A stretch of DNA of 62,702 bases, the filler included, from Deltaproteobacteria bacterium (GTDB lineage: Bacteria; JAUYMQ01), in assembly GCA_030698575.1 (NCBI GenBank). It is 13 parts of 13 records of this genome, joined end to end, with 100 filler letters (N's around TTAATTAATTAA, not from the genome) between each part and the next. Parts side by side here need not be neighbours in the genome. Positions count along the whole stretch, not along the records: positions 6,551 to 10,357 come from JAUYMQ010000531.1; positions 10,458 to 19,813 come from JAUYMQ010000544.1; 11 more parts are not named here. The stretch is one strand, 5' to 3'. Below are positions 7,267 through 17,622 of the stretch, one piece after another. The position numbers and the translations under genes are program-made. Numbering within the stretch: the stretch's first letter is position 1; every line of letters starts with the position of its first letter. The notes beneath the pieces are model-generated. The model saw nothing but the letters and a program-made list of their open reading frames with translations. It had not been told where the DNA came from and ran no database searches.

Positions 7267-8676
7267 TTACCGAATGATGAGCTGATCGACGATGCGCGTG
7301 AGCTGCATCAGGTTCCGGCACTCTTCGAGGTGATCGCAGTAGGGCGCGTACTTGTCCATGACGCTGTCGCCGAAGCCCCAGGCGCCGGGGCTCTCCGGAT
7401 TGAGCCAGATGACCTGCTTGGCCTTGAGCTGGATCTCCTTCAACGCCCAGGCCCGCGGGTCATTGTAGTTGTTCCGCGCGTCACCGATGACGATGACCGT
7501 CGTCCGCTTGTTGATGGTCGACAGAAAATCACGCTGGAAGGCGTAGAAGGCGTTTCCGAAGTTCGACCGGCTGTAGACATTGATCGTCTCGCCCTCGAGT
7601 GCCCGCTCGATGGCGTCGTACAGATCTGAATCCTTGAACAGATCCGTCACCTCACCGATCTCCGAAACAAACACGAAGCTCCGGACCTTCGAAAAGCACT
7701 CCTGCAGCGAGTAGATGAACTGCAGCATGAAGCGCGAGACGTTCGACACCGACGATGAGACGTCGCAGAGCGTGACGATCTGGGGCTTCACCTTCTTGCG
7801 CTGCTTGAAGACCACCTCGAAGGGCACGCCGCCGTGGCTCATGTTCCGCCGCAGCGTGTGCTTCACGTCGAACTTCCCCTTGCGCTCGCGCTTGCGCCGG
7901 ATGGCGATGACGTTCTTGAACTTCTGCGCCAGCCGCTGCACCACGTCGCGCATGCGGCGGATGTCTTCCTCGGTCAGGTGGTAGAAGCTCTTCTCGTGAA
8001 GGTTCCGCTCGCGGAAGCGCTCCCTGAAATTGTAGTTCTGCTGATCCAGCTCCATCTCGGTGAATTCGCGCACCGCGCGCCGCAGCCGCTCCATCGCCAT
8101 CTGGACGAAGGCCCGGATGGCGTCGCGCAGCTCCGGCGTGAGCCCCATCTCCTCCATCGCCTGCTCGAGGCGCTGGGCGTCGGTCTGCATCCCCTCCCAG
8201 TTGAGGGCGTCCATCATGCGGCGCGTGTAGTAGCCGATCTGGAGGAGGTTCTCGATCTCGCCGGCCTGGATCTGGCCCGCAGCCTGCCGGATCATGCGCT
8301 CGAGCCGGGCCGTGTCCATGTTCAGAAGCGCCTGCAGCAGCTCCGAGGCGGGGTGATCGGGATCGAAGTTCTGCAGGATCTCCTGCAGCAGCCGCCGCGG
8401 GTCGTCCCCCATGTTCTGGAACGCCTTGGAAAGATCGTCCTTGGCGTCGCCGAGGATGCCCGAGAGTCCCGAGAAGTACATCTCGAAGAGGTTGTCGAAT
8501 GAAGGAAGATCGGTGGAACGCTTGATGAGCGTCGCGGCGAGCGCACTTTTGAAAATCTGACGATCCGCCATGGTCAGCAGGCCGACGGCGCTGAACGCTT
8601 CCACGTTTTCGGCGGTGGAGACCCGCAGCCCGGATTTCCGGAGCAGGTTCACGAAATCGAGGAGTTTATCCTGCAC
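7267..8676 (-). CDS. VWA domain protein, CoxE family
   Basis: MIDAS-like CDVSSS; IGDARNNY and IWLNPE motifs; follows a MoxR ATPase. Confidence 0.85.
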   Translation of the reverse strand: MQDKLLDFVNLLRKSGLRVSTAENVEAFSAVGLLTMADRQIFKSALAATLIKRSTDLPSFDNLFEMYFSGLSGILGDAKDDLSKAFQNMGDDPRRLLQEILQNFDPDHPASELLQALLNMDTARLERMIRQAAGQIQAGEIENLLQIGYYTRRMMDALNWEGMQTDAQRLEQAMEEMGLTPELRDAIRAFVQMAMERLRRAVREFTEMELDQQNYNFRERFRERNLHEKSFYHLTEEDIRRMRDVVQRLAQKFKNVIAIRRKRERKGKFDVKHTLRRNMSHGGVPFEVVFKQRKKVKPQIVTLCDVSSSVSNVSRFMLQFIYSLQECFSKVRSFVFVSEIGEVTDLFKDSDLYDAIERALEGETINVYSRSNFGNAFYAFQRDFLSTINKRTTVIVIGDARNNYNDPRAWALKEIQLKAKQVIWLNPESPGAWGFGDSVMDKYAPYCDHLEECRNLMQLTRIVDQLIIR

Positions 8677-8741
8677 GGCATCGTTCCTTCTGTCAGATGG
8701 TCTTCCGTCAGCCGGCTCTCAGTGGGCCGTCACTCGGGCCG

Positions 8742-9716
8742 TCAGTTGAGCTTGGTCTTGTCGACCGCGCGCGGGTCCGGCGCCGCCGACGCCTCGTTCT
8801 CGGCGCTCTTCCCCCGCAGGTAGCGCCGCAGCTCCTCCTGGGCCTTCTTGATGTCCCCTTCGTATTTCAGGATGAGGCTCAGGGTGTCGTCGACGGTCTT
8901 CTCGTCGAGGCTGTCGGCGTTGAGCAGCACGAGCGCCTTCCCCCAGTCGAGCGTCTCGCTGATCGACGGGGTCTTCTTGAGATCGATCTTCCGGATGCGC
9001 TGCATCGCCTCGATCAGCTCCCCCGCGAGCTTCTCCTTGATGCCCGGCACCTTCAGCTCGAGGATCTTCGCCTCCTGCTCCTTCGACGGGAAATCGATGT
9101 AGAGGTGCAGGCAGCGCCGCTTTAGCGCGTCGCTCATCTCGCGGGCGTTGTTCGAGGTGAGCAGCACCGGCGGGATCTGGCGCGCCTTGAAGGTGCCGAT
9201 CTCGGGCACGCTCACCTGGAAGTCCGAGAGCACTTCCAGAAGAAAGGCCTTGAACTCGGGATCGGCCTTGTCGACCTCGTCGATGAGCAGCACGACGGGC
9301 GTCTCGCTCGTGATGGCCCGCATGAGGGGCCGGGGCACCAGGAAGCGCTCGGAGAAGAAGACGTTGTCTTCCTTGCTGATCTGCTCGACGGCCTCGGTCA
9401 TCGTGGTCGTGCCGGCAAGCGCCTCGCTGATCTTGTCCTTCAGGATCTGCGTGTAGAGGAGCTGCTTCGAGTACTCCCACTCGTAGAGCGCCTTGGCCTC
9501 GTCGAGCCCCTCGTAGCACTGGAGCCGGATCAGCTCGCGGTTGAGCGCGCTGGCGATGACCTTGGCCAGCTCGGTCTTGCCGACGCCGGCCGGCCCCTCG
9601 ATCAGGATGGGCTTGCCCATCTTGATGGCGAGGTACACGACCGTCGCGACCCGCTTGTCGGTGATGTACTGCTGCTCGGCAAGCCGCTCCTGGACATCTT
9701 CAACCGAATCGAACAT
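8742..9716 (-). CDS. MoxR-family AAA+ ATPase (CoxD-like)
   Basis: Walker A EGPAGVGKT; RLQCYEGLD; Walker B LLIDEVD; DALKRRC. Confidence 0.9.
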   Translation of the reverse strand: MFDSVEDVQERLAEQQYITDKRVATVVYLAIKMGKPILIEGPAGVGKTELAKVIASALNRELIRLQCYEGLDEAKALYEWEYSKQLLYTQILKDKISEALAGTTTMTEAVEQISKEDNVFFSERFLVPRPLMRAITSETPVVLLIDEVDKADPEFKAFLLEVLSDFQVSVPEIGTFKARQIPPVLLTSNNAREMSDALKRRCLHLYIDFPSKEQEAKILELKVPGIKEKLAGELIEAMQRIRKIDLKKTPSISETLDWGKALVLLNADSLDEKTVDDTLSLILKYEGDIKKAQEELRRYLRGKSAENEASAAPDPRAVDKTKLN

Positions 9717-9734
9717 GGGTCATCCTTTCTTATC

Positions 9735-9844
9735 TGTCATTGCGAGGAGGGGCCGCAGGCCCCGACGAAGCAATCCCCTGCGCGCTTGGTACCCGTGGCA
9801 TCAGCCCGGGAGATTGCTTCGTCGCTTCGCTCCTCGCACTGACA
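9735..9844. repeat. Inverted REP pair (REPIN-like)
   Basis: TGTCATTGCGAGG...GACGAAGCAATC (9735-9775) and an inverted copy at 9812-9844 that matches the 7203-7235 element with one mismatch. Confidence 0.8.
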
Positions 9845-9860
9845 TGCGAGTGGCAATCCC

Positions 9861-10357
9861 TCACGACGTCGCGTGGCGCTCCGTCATCGAGCCGGAGATC
9901 TGCATCCGGAGGTCTCCGGCGAACTGCTCGAGCCAGGCGAGTTTCAGCGACTGGTAGTCGAAACCGAAATCCATGATCCGCTGCCGGTACCAGTCGACCT
10001 GGCGATCCTTCAGCGCGGCGCGCACGCGCTCGAAGTCCTCGATCTTGGCCCGCGCCTCCTCCATCTGCCGCTCGACTTTCGAGAGAACATCCTTTGGGCC
10101 CAGGTGCTTGAAGAAGTTCACCTTCACCAGGAATCCGAACCGCCAGTAGAAGTCGTAACGAAACGGATCCTCCTCGCCGACGGGGCTCGTGAGCCAGTCG
10201 ACGAAGGCCTCCTCGCCCTCGCGGGTGGCGTGATAAATGTGCTTGGCCGGGCTCTTCTGCTGAAGGACGACGCGCTTCCGGATGAACCCGGCCTTCTCGA
10301 GGCGCCGGAGCGCGGGATAGAGCGTGCCGTCGTTGATGCCGAAGTCGCGGCCGTTGC
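9861..10357 (-). CDS. PadR-family transcriptional regulator (5'-truncated)
   Basis: Reads INDGTLYPALRRLEKAGFI...KHIYHATREGEEAFVDWL upstream of the annotated 88-aa part. Confidence 0.85.
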
Positions 10358-10457
10358 NNNNNNNNNNNNNNNNNNNNNNNNNNNNNNNNNNNNNNNNNNN
10401 NTTAATTAATTAANNNNNNNNNNNNNNNNNNNNNNNNNNNNNNNNNNNNNNNNNNNN

Positions 10458-11353
10458 TAGCCCAACACCGGCACGCTCGCGTTCTGGCCCGCTGTGGCTC
10501 CGGTTCCAGCGGCCGCCGGGGCGATCAGCAGCCGGCCGTCAGAGACCACAACCTTTCCGACTTCCGTGTAGACAAGCGCCCCGCCAGTCGTGCCCCGAGA
10601 CAGCAGGACGGAAACGGTTAGCGTTTTGTCGAGCGTGCTATGGATGAATATGCACTTCTCGCCCGCGAGCTGACCGAGGGCGGAGGCGGTTATGATGTCG
10701 TGATTGTTCGTGTCTCGAATCTCCAGTGATTCATGCAGCGCGACCTCTTTGGCGTTTCGGTCCACAAGCCCGATCTCCGCTGTACTGCCCTGCATCTCCG
10801 CTTTCGCGAACCCCGCCGCGGTCAGTGCCAGCGCGCCGACATCGCCGTCGTCGAGGGTGCGGTCTGCAGCGTCGTATCGCCCACCGGCCAACACGGGGCT
10901 GCCGACGACAGCGGCGTCCTCGGCCGCGGCTCCCGCAACCTTGACGCGCCCCGCGGCGTCAACCGCGAGCGCCCCCGCGTCTCCGTCATCGAGAGTGCGA
11001 TCCGCCGTGTCTACGCGCCCGCCCGCGAGGACGGGGTTGCCGGCCGCGGCTGCATCTTCGGCTGCTGCGCCAGATACCAGCGGCCGCCCGGATGTGTCGA
11101 CCAGGATACCGCGCGCGTTCGTCCCGTCGGTGCCGCCGATGAACAGAGGGCTGCCCGCGACGGCCGCACCCGCGGCAGCGGCCCCTACAAGGACCAGGCG
11201 GCCCGATGAGTCGACGGTGATCCGATAGAGGTTGGTGCCGTCGCTGCCACCCACCTGGACGGCGTCGGCTGGATGGGCGGAACCGTCGGCCTGCGCGACG
11301 AGGCCACCGGCCGCGCCTGTTCCGTGGAGGTATTGGTCATTTCTGACTGTAAT
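10458..11353 (-). CDS. Phage tail/fibre-type repeat protein (3'-truncated), probable ATT start
   Basis: Repeats of GAAAEDAA..G.PVLAGGR.D.ADRTLDDGD.GAL; the frame is open up to a TAG at 11366-11368; AGGAGG lies 8 nt before ATT at 11353. Confidence 0.6.
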
Positions 11354-11365
11354 TGGAATCTCCTC

Positions 11366-11734
11366 CTATTGTTCGATAACTACGAGTGTCACCCGATACC
11401 GCCGCGAACTCGCAAACCCCAGCACCCGATCTGCCCGGAAACTCGCTCGGTCGATCCTCGCCGTCACGGTGTTGGACTCGCTCCCGAACGCCGCGATCCA
11501 GAAGTCCCCATATCCCCAGCGGATGCCGTCGAGGTGGTCTCGCAGGGTGTCCAGATCGGCCTCGGGCATGCCCGCGGGTGGGGTCTGGATGTGCCACTCT
11601 CTTTTGTCGCTGGCGATCACGTCGCGGCGTTCCAGGCCACCGGCGGTGCGGGCCATATCGGCGATGTCGATTCCGATCTCTTCGAGCGATCCAACGGGGT
11701 CGAGGGGGATGGTGTCGAACTTGGCGTCGCTCAT
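11366..11734 (-). CDS. Distal-tail-like protein
   Basis: 122 aa directly after the tape measure gene (ATGA overlap); RTAGGLERRD..KREW pattern. Confidence 0.55.
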   Translation of the reverse strand: MSDAKFDTIPLDPVGSLEEIGIDIADMARTAGGLERRDVIASDKREWHIQTPPAGMPEADLDTLRDHLDGIRWGYGDFWIAAFGSESNTVTARIDRASFRADRVLGFASSRRYRVTLVVIEQ

Positions 11735-14700
11735 GTCGGCACCCCCACGCCGTGCCGCCGCAGCGCGTTGGCTTTTCTACCTTCCGAGACCGCGCTGCGT
11801 ACCCAGCTCTTGACCGCGGCTTCGCTGGTGCCCATCATGGGGCCGTTGACGACCACCTCCACGTAGATATCTCCGGTGTCGCCAGTGTCGCCACCGCCGC
11901 TCTCCCCCGGCCTCAGCACCCTCTCCCCGCGCCGCAGCATCGCCGGGCCGTCATGCGGCATGATCCCGCCGCCGTGGAACGACGGGATGTCCATCGCGCC
12001 GAACCCGGCTGTAGCAACCCGGAACCCGCGGGGAAGGTTGACCGACGACAGCCGCTCGGCGAACTTCTCCGTCTCATCTCCCGCCTTGGCCGCCGCCATC
12101 GCCTGGTCCCAGGTGAGACCGGCGAGATTGCGCTGGGCATCTTGCATGTTGACGAGGTTGTCGTCGAGGCTGGCCAAGGTGTTGGACAACCCCGCGACCG
12201 CGCCGTCGAGGAACGCGAACGGACGGAAGCCCAGAATCTTGATGTTCGTCAGCGCCGAGAACAGGCCGTGGATGATCCCGATGAAGGTCCGCTGCAGTCG
12301 ATTGACGACCATCCCGAACGACAGGAGTATCTGTCCCAGGAACTTGATCACGGGGAAGAGCGCCTGGAACGCGGGTGTGAGTATGCTGCTGGCGATGATC
12401 CCGAGGGTCTGCAGGACGGGGGTTAGCGCCTGTGACACCACCAGGATCAGCGGCAGCAGGGGTTCGAGGAACATCCCCAAGGCATCGGCCGCGGCTTGCA
12501 GTATCGGATTGACAATCGCGAGGATCTGCGCGAAGGTCTCGGACTGCATTATCAGCGCCACAATCGCGCCGATGGCGTCGGGAGGCATCGACATGGATAC
12601 GCCGCGCTTTCCCGAGGCAACGCCTGTCACGAAATCCTTGAGCTTGCCCGCTCCCTCCGTTACGAACGCCCGCAGCTTCGTGCCCATTTCCCCGAGCGTT
12701 CGGGGGAGATCGAAGAGGCGCTCCTTGAGATTGCTGGCCGCGCTCGTGATAGTGGAGAGAGAGAAGCCAAACTGCAGACTCTTCCCTTCCATGATGGCCG
12801 CGGCCAAGGCGGCTCCCTGCAGCGCGTTGGCGAGAGCCGGGAACTGGCCTATCAGCATGCCTTGCGCCTGGGCGACGGCCTGCTCTCGGGTCAACTTGGC
12901 TTCCTCGGCTTGGGCTAGATCCTCCAGACCATCCTTGAATCTCTTTGCTGCCGCCAGCGCCTCTTCGAGGTTCCCTTCCGCGCCCTTCAGCGCGTCAACC
13001 ATCCGCAGGAACTCTCGCTCCGCGACTTCCGCGACCGTCCCGATCCCCTCGACGATGGACAGCAGCCGCGTCGCCATATCTTCGCCGATCATCTCTCGCT
13101 CGTGCGCCGTCTGGATCAGGTCGGTGGCACTCGCCAGGAGCTGCGCCAGACGCCCTTCTGCATCCGCAGAGGCTCCAATGCCAGCAGCAGGCGCCGCACT
13201 CGGGACATGGCCCGCCTGAAACCCCGGCGCACCCATCTTGCGGAACCATGCCAGGAGTGCAGCGGGCCCGCGGCTCCAGATCGAGTGCGGCGTGATGGCC
13301 TCTCCCGGAGCGAGAATGGCGGGGATGGAATCGGGTCCTCCCATGCCGGGGAGGATGGCGCCGTGTTGCAGGCCGCGCATTCCGATGCGCAACGCCCCTG
13401 GGTCAATGCCGATAGCCTGAGCGTCGCGCCGGAACTGCTCCACGCGCTCTGCCGCCGTCTGCGCCTGCCCCGCGACGACCGTGATAACTTCGGCCAAATC
13501 GCCCAGCCGCTTGAATCCCGTCAGGCCCGTCACCCACGCGACCGAGAACGCCTCGGCCATAGATATACCGAGCTCCTGCGCCTTCGAGACGGCAACGGGG
13601 TCCGCTGTGAGACGCTGGGCCAAGATGCGGGCGAAGTCGGAGCCGCCCTTCTCCAGCGCCGCCAATGTGCCGGTGACGATGTTTCCTTGTGCCGCCAGCC
13701 CCTGACCGAGACCCGCTTGCTGCAGATCCAGTAGGGCCGGTCGGCGAAGCTGAAAGGGTCCTCCGGTTTGAAGATGCGGCAGACCGCTGCCCTCCTGCTG
13801 GCGAATCACATCAAGGAGACCCGGGGTGACGCCGGGGACAAATTCAGCGGGAGGGATGGGAGGCCCGGGGGGTCCGAACACCTCTCCCTGGGCGTCTTCC
13901 AAGGCGCGCTCCATCTCTTGTCTCAGGCTGTTGGCCGCGCTGTCTGTTATTTCTGGCGTGATAGACCCGAACACGATGCGCAACGTCTCAACAGGGACCG
14001 TGATGTCGCCCTGATCTGTCCCGAACAGCCACGGGACGCGGGATTGAATCTCGTCCCTCAACTTCTCCCACAGGCTGACGATCCGCGCCCCTTGGACGTC
14101 CCAGTCGATCAGGATGATGGTAAACGTCAGCGCCGCGGTTATGGTGATAGGCCAAGCGGCTGCCCCGATGATCGTTCCGAACGTGACCGCGCCGCCCGCG
14201 CCGATGGAAGCGCGCAGAATGTTGGGAATGGACGTGTCGAACAACTCGTCGAAGAACCTGGTTGTGCGCTGCTTGAACTCTTCGGGCAGGTGCTCCCACA
14301 CCACATCGAGCACGAACGCCACGGTGAAGGCGAAGGATGCGAATCTCGCCCCTGCCAACAGGCTGCTACCAATGACGGCCCGGAGACCCCCGAGCGCCAC
14401 CAGGGAATTGCCGATGGTTGCCGCAACAGAAGGAATCGCTCCCATCGACCAGCCCAGAACGATGAGGCCGGCAATCGGCAGGCGAATGGCTGTGCCGACA
14501 TTGCTGCGCCAGTGCTCGCGGACGAACTCTACCGGGTCGCTATCCCAAATCACCCTGCCTAGATCTACGAAAATGTCCGCCGCCACGGAGACGCTTCCGA
14601 CGACCTTGCGAGCGAGACTGATATCCTCCGCTTCCCACAGCGCCTGCAGGTCGGCGACAAACCTGACGATGCTCCGCGGTCCCGGAATCAGCTCCAGCGT

Positions 14701-16758
14701 TTCGATAATCTTGGTTCCCAGGGAAACACTCTGCGTGCCCCACAGATCGTTCACGCGCTCCCAGAAGTCGGCGACGGCTTGTGTCTGAGGCAGAAGGCGC
14801 AGGGCCGCGACGGTACGCTCCGAGAAGGAAAGATCCTCGGTCTTCCAGATTCCCTCCAGCGCTACCAAGAAACCCGCGAGCGCGTTCCCCTCCGGGTCCA
14901 GCCCCATCAGCACCGCCGTCTTGCGGGCCAGAGTGATCGCCGAGCCGATCCACCAATCCGCGATGGATTCGATTACGCCAACGACAGAGCGAATGGTGAT
15001 GTGAACGGAACTCATAACTTTTTCCGGCAGGGTCAGCGTCTCATCCGACCACAGGTTTCGCAGGCGCGCGGCGAGTTGTGACACAACATCGGCGCCGGGG
15101 ATCAAGCGAAGTGTGCTGACAACCTTCTCCCCGAACGCCAGCTCCTCGGCATCCCAGATCCCATGCAGAATACGCAGGAACCCGACAAGAGCGTTCTCCT
15201 CCGGATCGAGACCGAGGAGGGAGACGGTTTTCTCTGCCAGCACGACGGCCACGCCGGTCCACCAAGACGCAATGGACTCCAGCACGCCCGCAACCGCGCC
15301 TATCGTGACGCTGACCGTCTCGACGACCTTCTCCGGGAAGCTCAGATCGTCGCGTTGCCAGGCCGCCCGGAGGTCAGAGATGAAGTCTGCGATGATCGCG
15401 CCACCAGGAACGAGATGGAGCGCGCCGATCACCTTCTGCGAGAAGGCGAGATCCTCTCTTTCCCACATGTCGCCGAGCGCCGCAATGAGCCCGGCAATGG
15501 CGCTTGACTCCGGTTCCAGACCCAGCAGGGTCGCAGTCTTGCGAGAGAGGCTGATCGCGGCACCTATCCACCAGTCGGCGATGGATTCAACCAGGCCGAC
15601 TACCGTGCCCGCGACAATGGAAACGCTCGCGACGATCTTTTCCGGGAACGTCAGATCCTCGCGCGCCCACGCCGCCCGGATGTCCTCGATCATGCCACTG
15701 GCGAGCTCGCCGAAGTCGGACGTTGCCCACCAGTTGCGCAACTTGTCGAAGTTGTCGATCATGAGCTTGACAGCCCCGACGATCAGTACCGCCTTGAGAA
15801 GGAAAGGAGCAACGAATCCCAACAGCGCCGCCAGCCCCACCAGCCGAAACACGATGATGGCGGCTCGCAGCGCCCCCGCGAGTGTCCCGAGAACCGCGAT
15901 CACGCCCAGCACCGCGCCGGTCATGACCAGCCACGTCGCAACCTGGCGCTTGACCGCGCCGTCCAAGTTGTTCCACCAAGAGACGGCAGAGTTCGCCCAC
16001 TCCAGCACGAGACGCGCCGCGGGCAGGAAGTTCATGAGGAACGCTTGCCCGGCGACAGAGATGCGCTGGCGCGTGGTGTCCATTTCCCGCCCCAGGAGAT
16101 CGAAGGCGCGAATCGTTCTGTCGTCTAAGATCAGGCCGAGCTCGCGGGCTTGGCGCGCGAAGTCCTCGATCCCAGCTCGCCCCTGCAGGAACATGGGCAC
16201 AAGTCGGCGCCCCGCGTCTCCCATGAGGTCCATCAACGTCGTCGCCATCTCGGCCTCGGTGTTGAGGTTTGAGATGCGATCGCCGACCGTCAGGAACAGT
16301 TTCTCGATGTCCTCCAGGCCAGCGCCAACCTCTTCTTGGCTGATGCCCAGGCGCTCGAAGGAGCGGAGGTATTGCGTGTTGCCGCGGGCCGCTTCGGCTG
16401 AACGCCGCAGGAACGAGCGCAGACCGCTCTGCAGCTCCGAGAACTCGACGTTCGTCTCGCCGGCCGCGAACGCCAGCTCCTGGACCGCGCCGGTTGTAAG
16501 TCCAGTCTGATCCGCGACGCGCTTGATCTCGCGGGCGTATTGGGTCGTCTTGACGAGCCCGACCGCCATGACCGCGGTCAGGCCGGCGAGTGCGAGGGAG
16601 GCGCGTCGGCCCCACTTCTGCATGGATTCCAGCGGCTTCGTCACGTTCTTCAAGGCGCGCTCCATGCGACCGGCCTGGCGCGCTGTCTTCTCGGTTTCGC
16701 GGAGGAAGCGGGCGGTATCGGCGGTAACGAGAACGCTGAGCGTGGCCAGGGTACTCAC
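11731..16758 (-). CDS. Phage tail tape measure protein (1675 aa)
   Basis: GGAGGTG RBS; N-terminal LSVLVTADTARF; Trp-spaced repeats (W..EDL.F.EK); C-terminal FHGGG..GPAMLRRGERVL motif; follows the tail chaperones. Confidence 0.9.
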   Translation of the reverse strand: MSTLATLSVLVTADTARFLRETEKTARQAGRMERALKNVTKPLESMQKWGRRASLALAGLTAVMAVGLVKTTQYAREIKRVADQTGLTTGAVQELAFAAGETNVEFSELQSGLRSFLRRSAEAARGNTQYLRSFERLGISQEEVGAGLEDIEKLFLTVGDRISNLNTEAEMATTLMDLMGDAGRRLVPMFLQGRAGIEDFARQARELGLILDDRTIRAFDLLGREMDTTRQRISVAGQAFLMNFLPAARLVLEWANSAVSWWNNLDGAVKRQVATWLVMTGAVLGVIAVLGTLAGALRAAIIVFRLVGLAALLGFVAPFLLKAVLIVGAVKLMIDNFDKLRNWWATSDFGELASGMIEDIRAAWAREDLTFPEKIVASVSIVAGTVVGLVESIADWWIGAAISLSRKTATLLGLEPESSAIAGLIAALGDMWEREDLAFSQKVIGALHLVPGGAIIADFISDLRAAWQRDDLSFPEKVVETVSVTIGAVAGVLESIASWWTGVAVVLAEKTVSLLGLDPEENALVGFLRILHGIWDAEELAFGEKVVSTLRLIPGADVVSQLAARLRNLWSDETLTLPEKVMSSVHITIRSVVGVIESIADWWIGSAITLARKTAVLMGLDPEGNALAGFLVALEGIWKTEDLSFSERTVAALRLLPQTQAVADFWERVNDLWGTQSVSLGTKIIETLELIPGPRSIVRFVADLQALWEAEDISLARKVVGSVSVAADIFVDLGRVIWDSDPVEFVREHWRSNVGTAIRLPIAGLIVLGWSMGAIPSVAATIGNSLVALGGLRAVIGSSLLAGARFASFAFTVAFVLDVVWEHLPEEFKQRTTRFFDELFDTSIPNILRASIGAGGAVTFGTIIGAAAWPITITAALTFTIILIDWDVQGARIVSLWEKLRDEIQSRVPWLFGTDQGDITVPVETLRIVFGSITPEITDSAANSLRQEMERALEDAQGEVFGPPGPPIPPAEFVPGVTPGLLDVIRQQEGSGLPHLQTGGPFQLRRPALLDLQQAGLGQGLAAQGNIVTGTLAALEKGGSDFARILAQRLTADPVAVSKAQELGISMAEAFSVAWVTGLTGFKRLGDLAEVITVVAGQAQTAAERVEQFRRDAQAIGIDPGALRIGMRGLQHGAILPGMGGPDSIPAILAPGEAITPHSIWSRGPAALLAWFRKMGAPGFQAGHVPSAAPAAGIGASADAEGRLAQLLASATDLIQTAHEREMIGEDMATRLLSIVEGIGTVAEVAEREFLRMVDALKGAEGNLEEALAAAKRFKDGLEDLAQAEEAKLTREQAVAQAQGMLIGQFPALANALQGAALAAAIMEGKSLQFGFSLSTITSAASNLKERLFDLPRTLGEMGTKLRAFVTEGAGKLKDFVTGVASGKRGVSMSMPPDAIGAIVALIMQSETFAQILAIVNPILQAAADALGMFLEPLLPLILVVSQALTPVLQTLGIIASSILTPAFQALFPVIKFLGQILLSFGMVVNRLQRTFIGIIHGLFSALTNIKILGFRPFAFLDGAVAGLSNTLASLDDNLVNMQDAQRNLAGLTWDQAMAAAKAGDETEKFAERLSSVNLPRGFRVATAGFGAMDIPSFHGGGIMPHDGPAMLRRGERVLRPGESGGGDTGDTGDIYVEVVVNGPMMGTSEAAVKSWVRSAVSEGRKANALRRHGVGVPT

Positions 16759-16793
16759 CGAACCGACACCTCCTCTGCGCGAAAAAGAGGCCG

Positions 16794-17051
16794 CTACGCC
16801 TCCCCCTCCACGTCCATCAGCTCAACCTTGCTCATGCCGCGCCTACTCTTCGGAGCCGGCTCACCCCGGCTCTTCTCGACCTCTTCTCTCTGCTCATCCG
16901 CTTCCTGCGCCCGCAGCGCGTACAGCGCCTGAATCGCCGTCAGTTCCCAACCCTCGTGCTTGGCCAGGAACTCTCGCCGGCCCATACCCCGATCCTCAGC
17001 CGCCTGCAGGGTGAATCTCAGCCACTGCCCCCAGCGGCTCCCGCTTCCCCC
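16794..17051 (-). CDS. Tail assembly chaperone C-terminal (gpT-like) part, reached by -1 frameshift
   Basis: The -1 frame after GGGGGAA reads GSGSRWGQWLRFTLQAAEDRG-MGRREFLAKHEGWELT without a stop, into the 63-aa ORF. Confidence 0.7.
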   Translation of the reverse strand, partial: GGSGSRWGQWLRFTLQAAEDRGMGRREFLAKHEGWELTAIQALYALRAQEADEQREEVEKSRGEPAPKSRRGMSKVELMDVEGEA

Positions 17052-17575
17052 ATTGCTTCGACCAGGTCATCGACGTCGGAATCGTCCATGCCGGAGAGTT
17101 CGCGACCCTTCTCGAAGATCCGATCGAGCACGCGCGCGTTCTTCTGTCCCAAACCGAGGATCTGCGCGTCGCCATCGTCACCATCGAAGATGCGCCGGCC
17201 CTTGGCGTCGCGAATCACTTGCGAACAGAATCTAGCCCGGAAGTTGGCCATGCGCTTCTGGCGCTCGGTTGCGCCCTTCTTCTTACGTTCCTGCATCGAG
17301 CGCCGGCGCGCGGTTCTGCTCATGCCCGCGGCCGGGTCCTCTTCGGGGATCAGGCTGGACTCGAAACGGTCCCGCTCGATGCCGCTGAGCCCGTGTACCC
17401 ACACTCCCAGCGCGGTCAAGGGTCCCGTGTACCCCTTCGGCTTCCACTCCGGGGTCGGGACCCATTCGCGGAGCTGGTCTTCTGCGCCGAGGATGTCTTC
17501 GGCGCTCAGTTCGTAGTGCGCAGCCGCCTCCGGCTGCGCGGTCTTCGTTGCTTCTGCCTCCTGCTGACTCGACAT
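17018..17575 (-). CDS. Tail assembly chaperone (gpG-like)
   Basis: GGAGG RBS; VPTPEW...GLSGIERDRFE...NFRARF...D.KGRRIF motifs; lies between the tail tube and tape measure genes. Confidence 0.8.
   Translation of the reverse strand: MSSQQEAEATKTAQPEAAAHYELSAEDILGAEDQLREWVPTPEWKPKGYTGPLTALGVWVHGLSGIERDRFESSLIPEEDPAAGMSRTARRRSMQERKKKGATERQKRMANFRARFCSQVIRDAKGRRIFDGDDGDAQILGLGQKNARVLDRIFEKGRELSGMDDSDVDDLVEAMGEAGAAGGSG
17045..17051 (-). promoter_or_regulatory. -1 programmed frameshift slippery site G GGG GAA
   Basis: ATG GGG GAA near the end of the chaperone gene; the -1 frame joins the next ORF. Confidence 0.7.
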
Positions 17576-17622
17576 TCTGCCGCCTCCTCTGATGGTGTAG
17601 CCTCGTTGCGGTGTTGCTCCCC

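Noticed and set aside
11876-16615. Long antisense and alternate-frame ORFs over the tape measure gene (and similar ones elsewhere)
   Set aside because: Shadow ORFs of high-GC coding sequence with no motifs or RBS.
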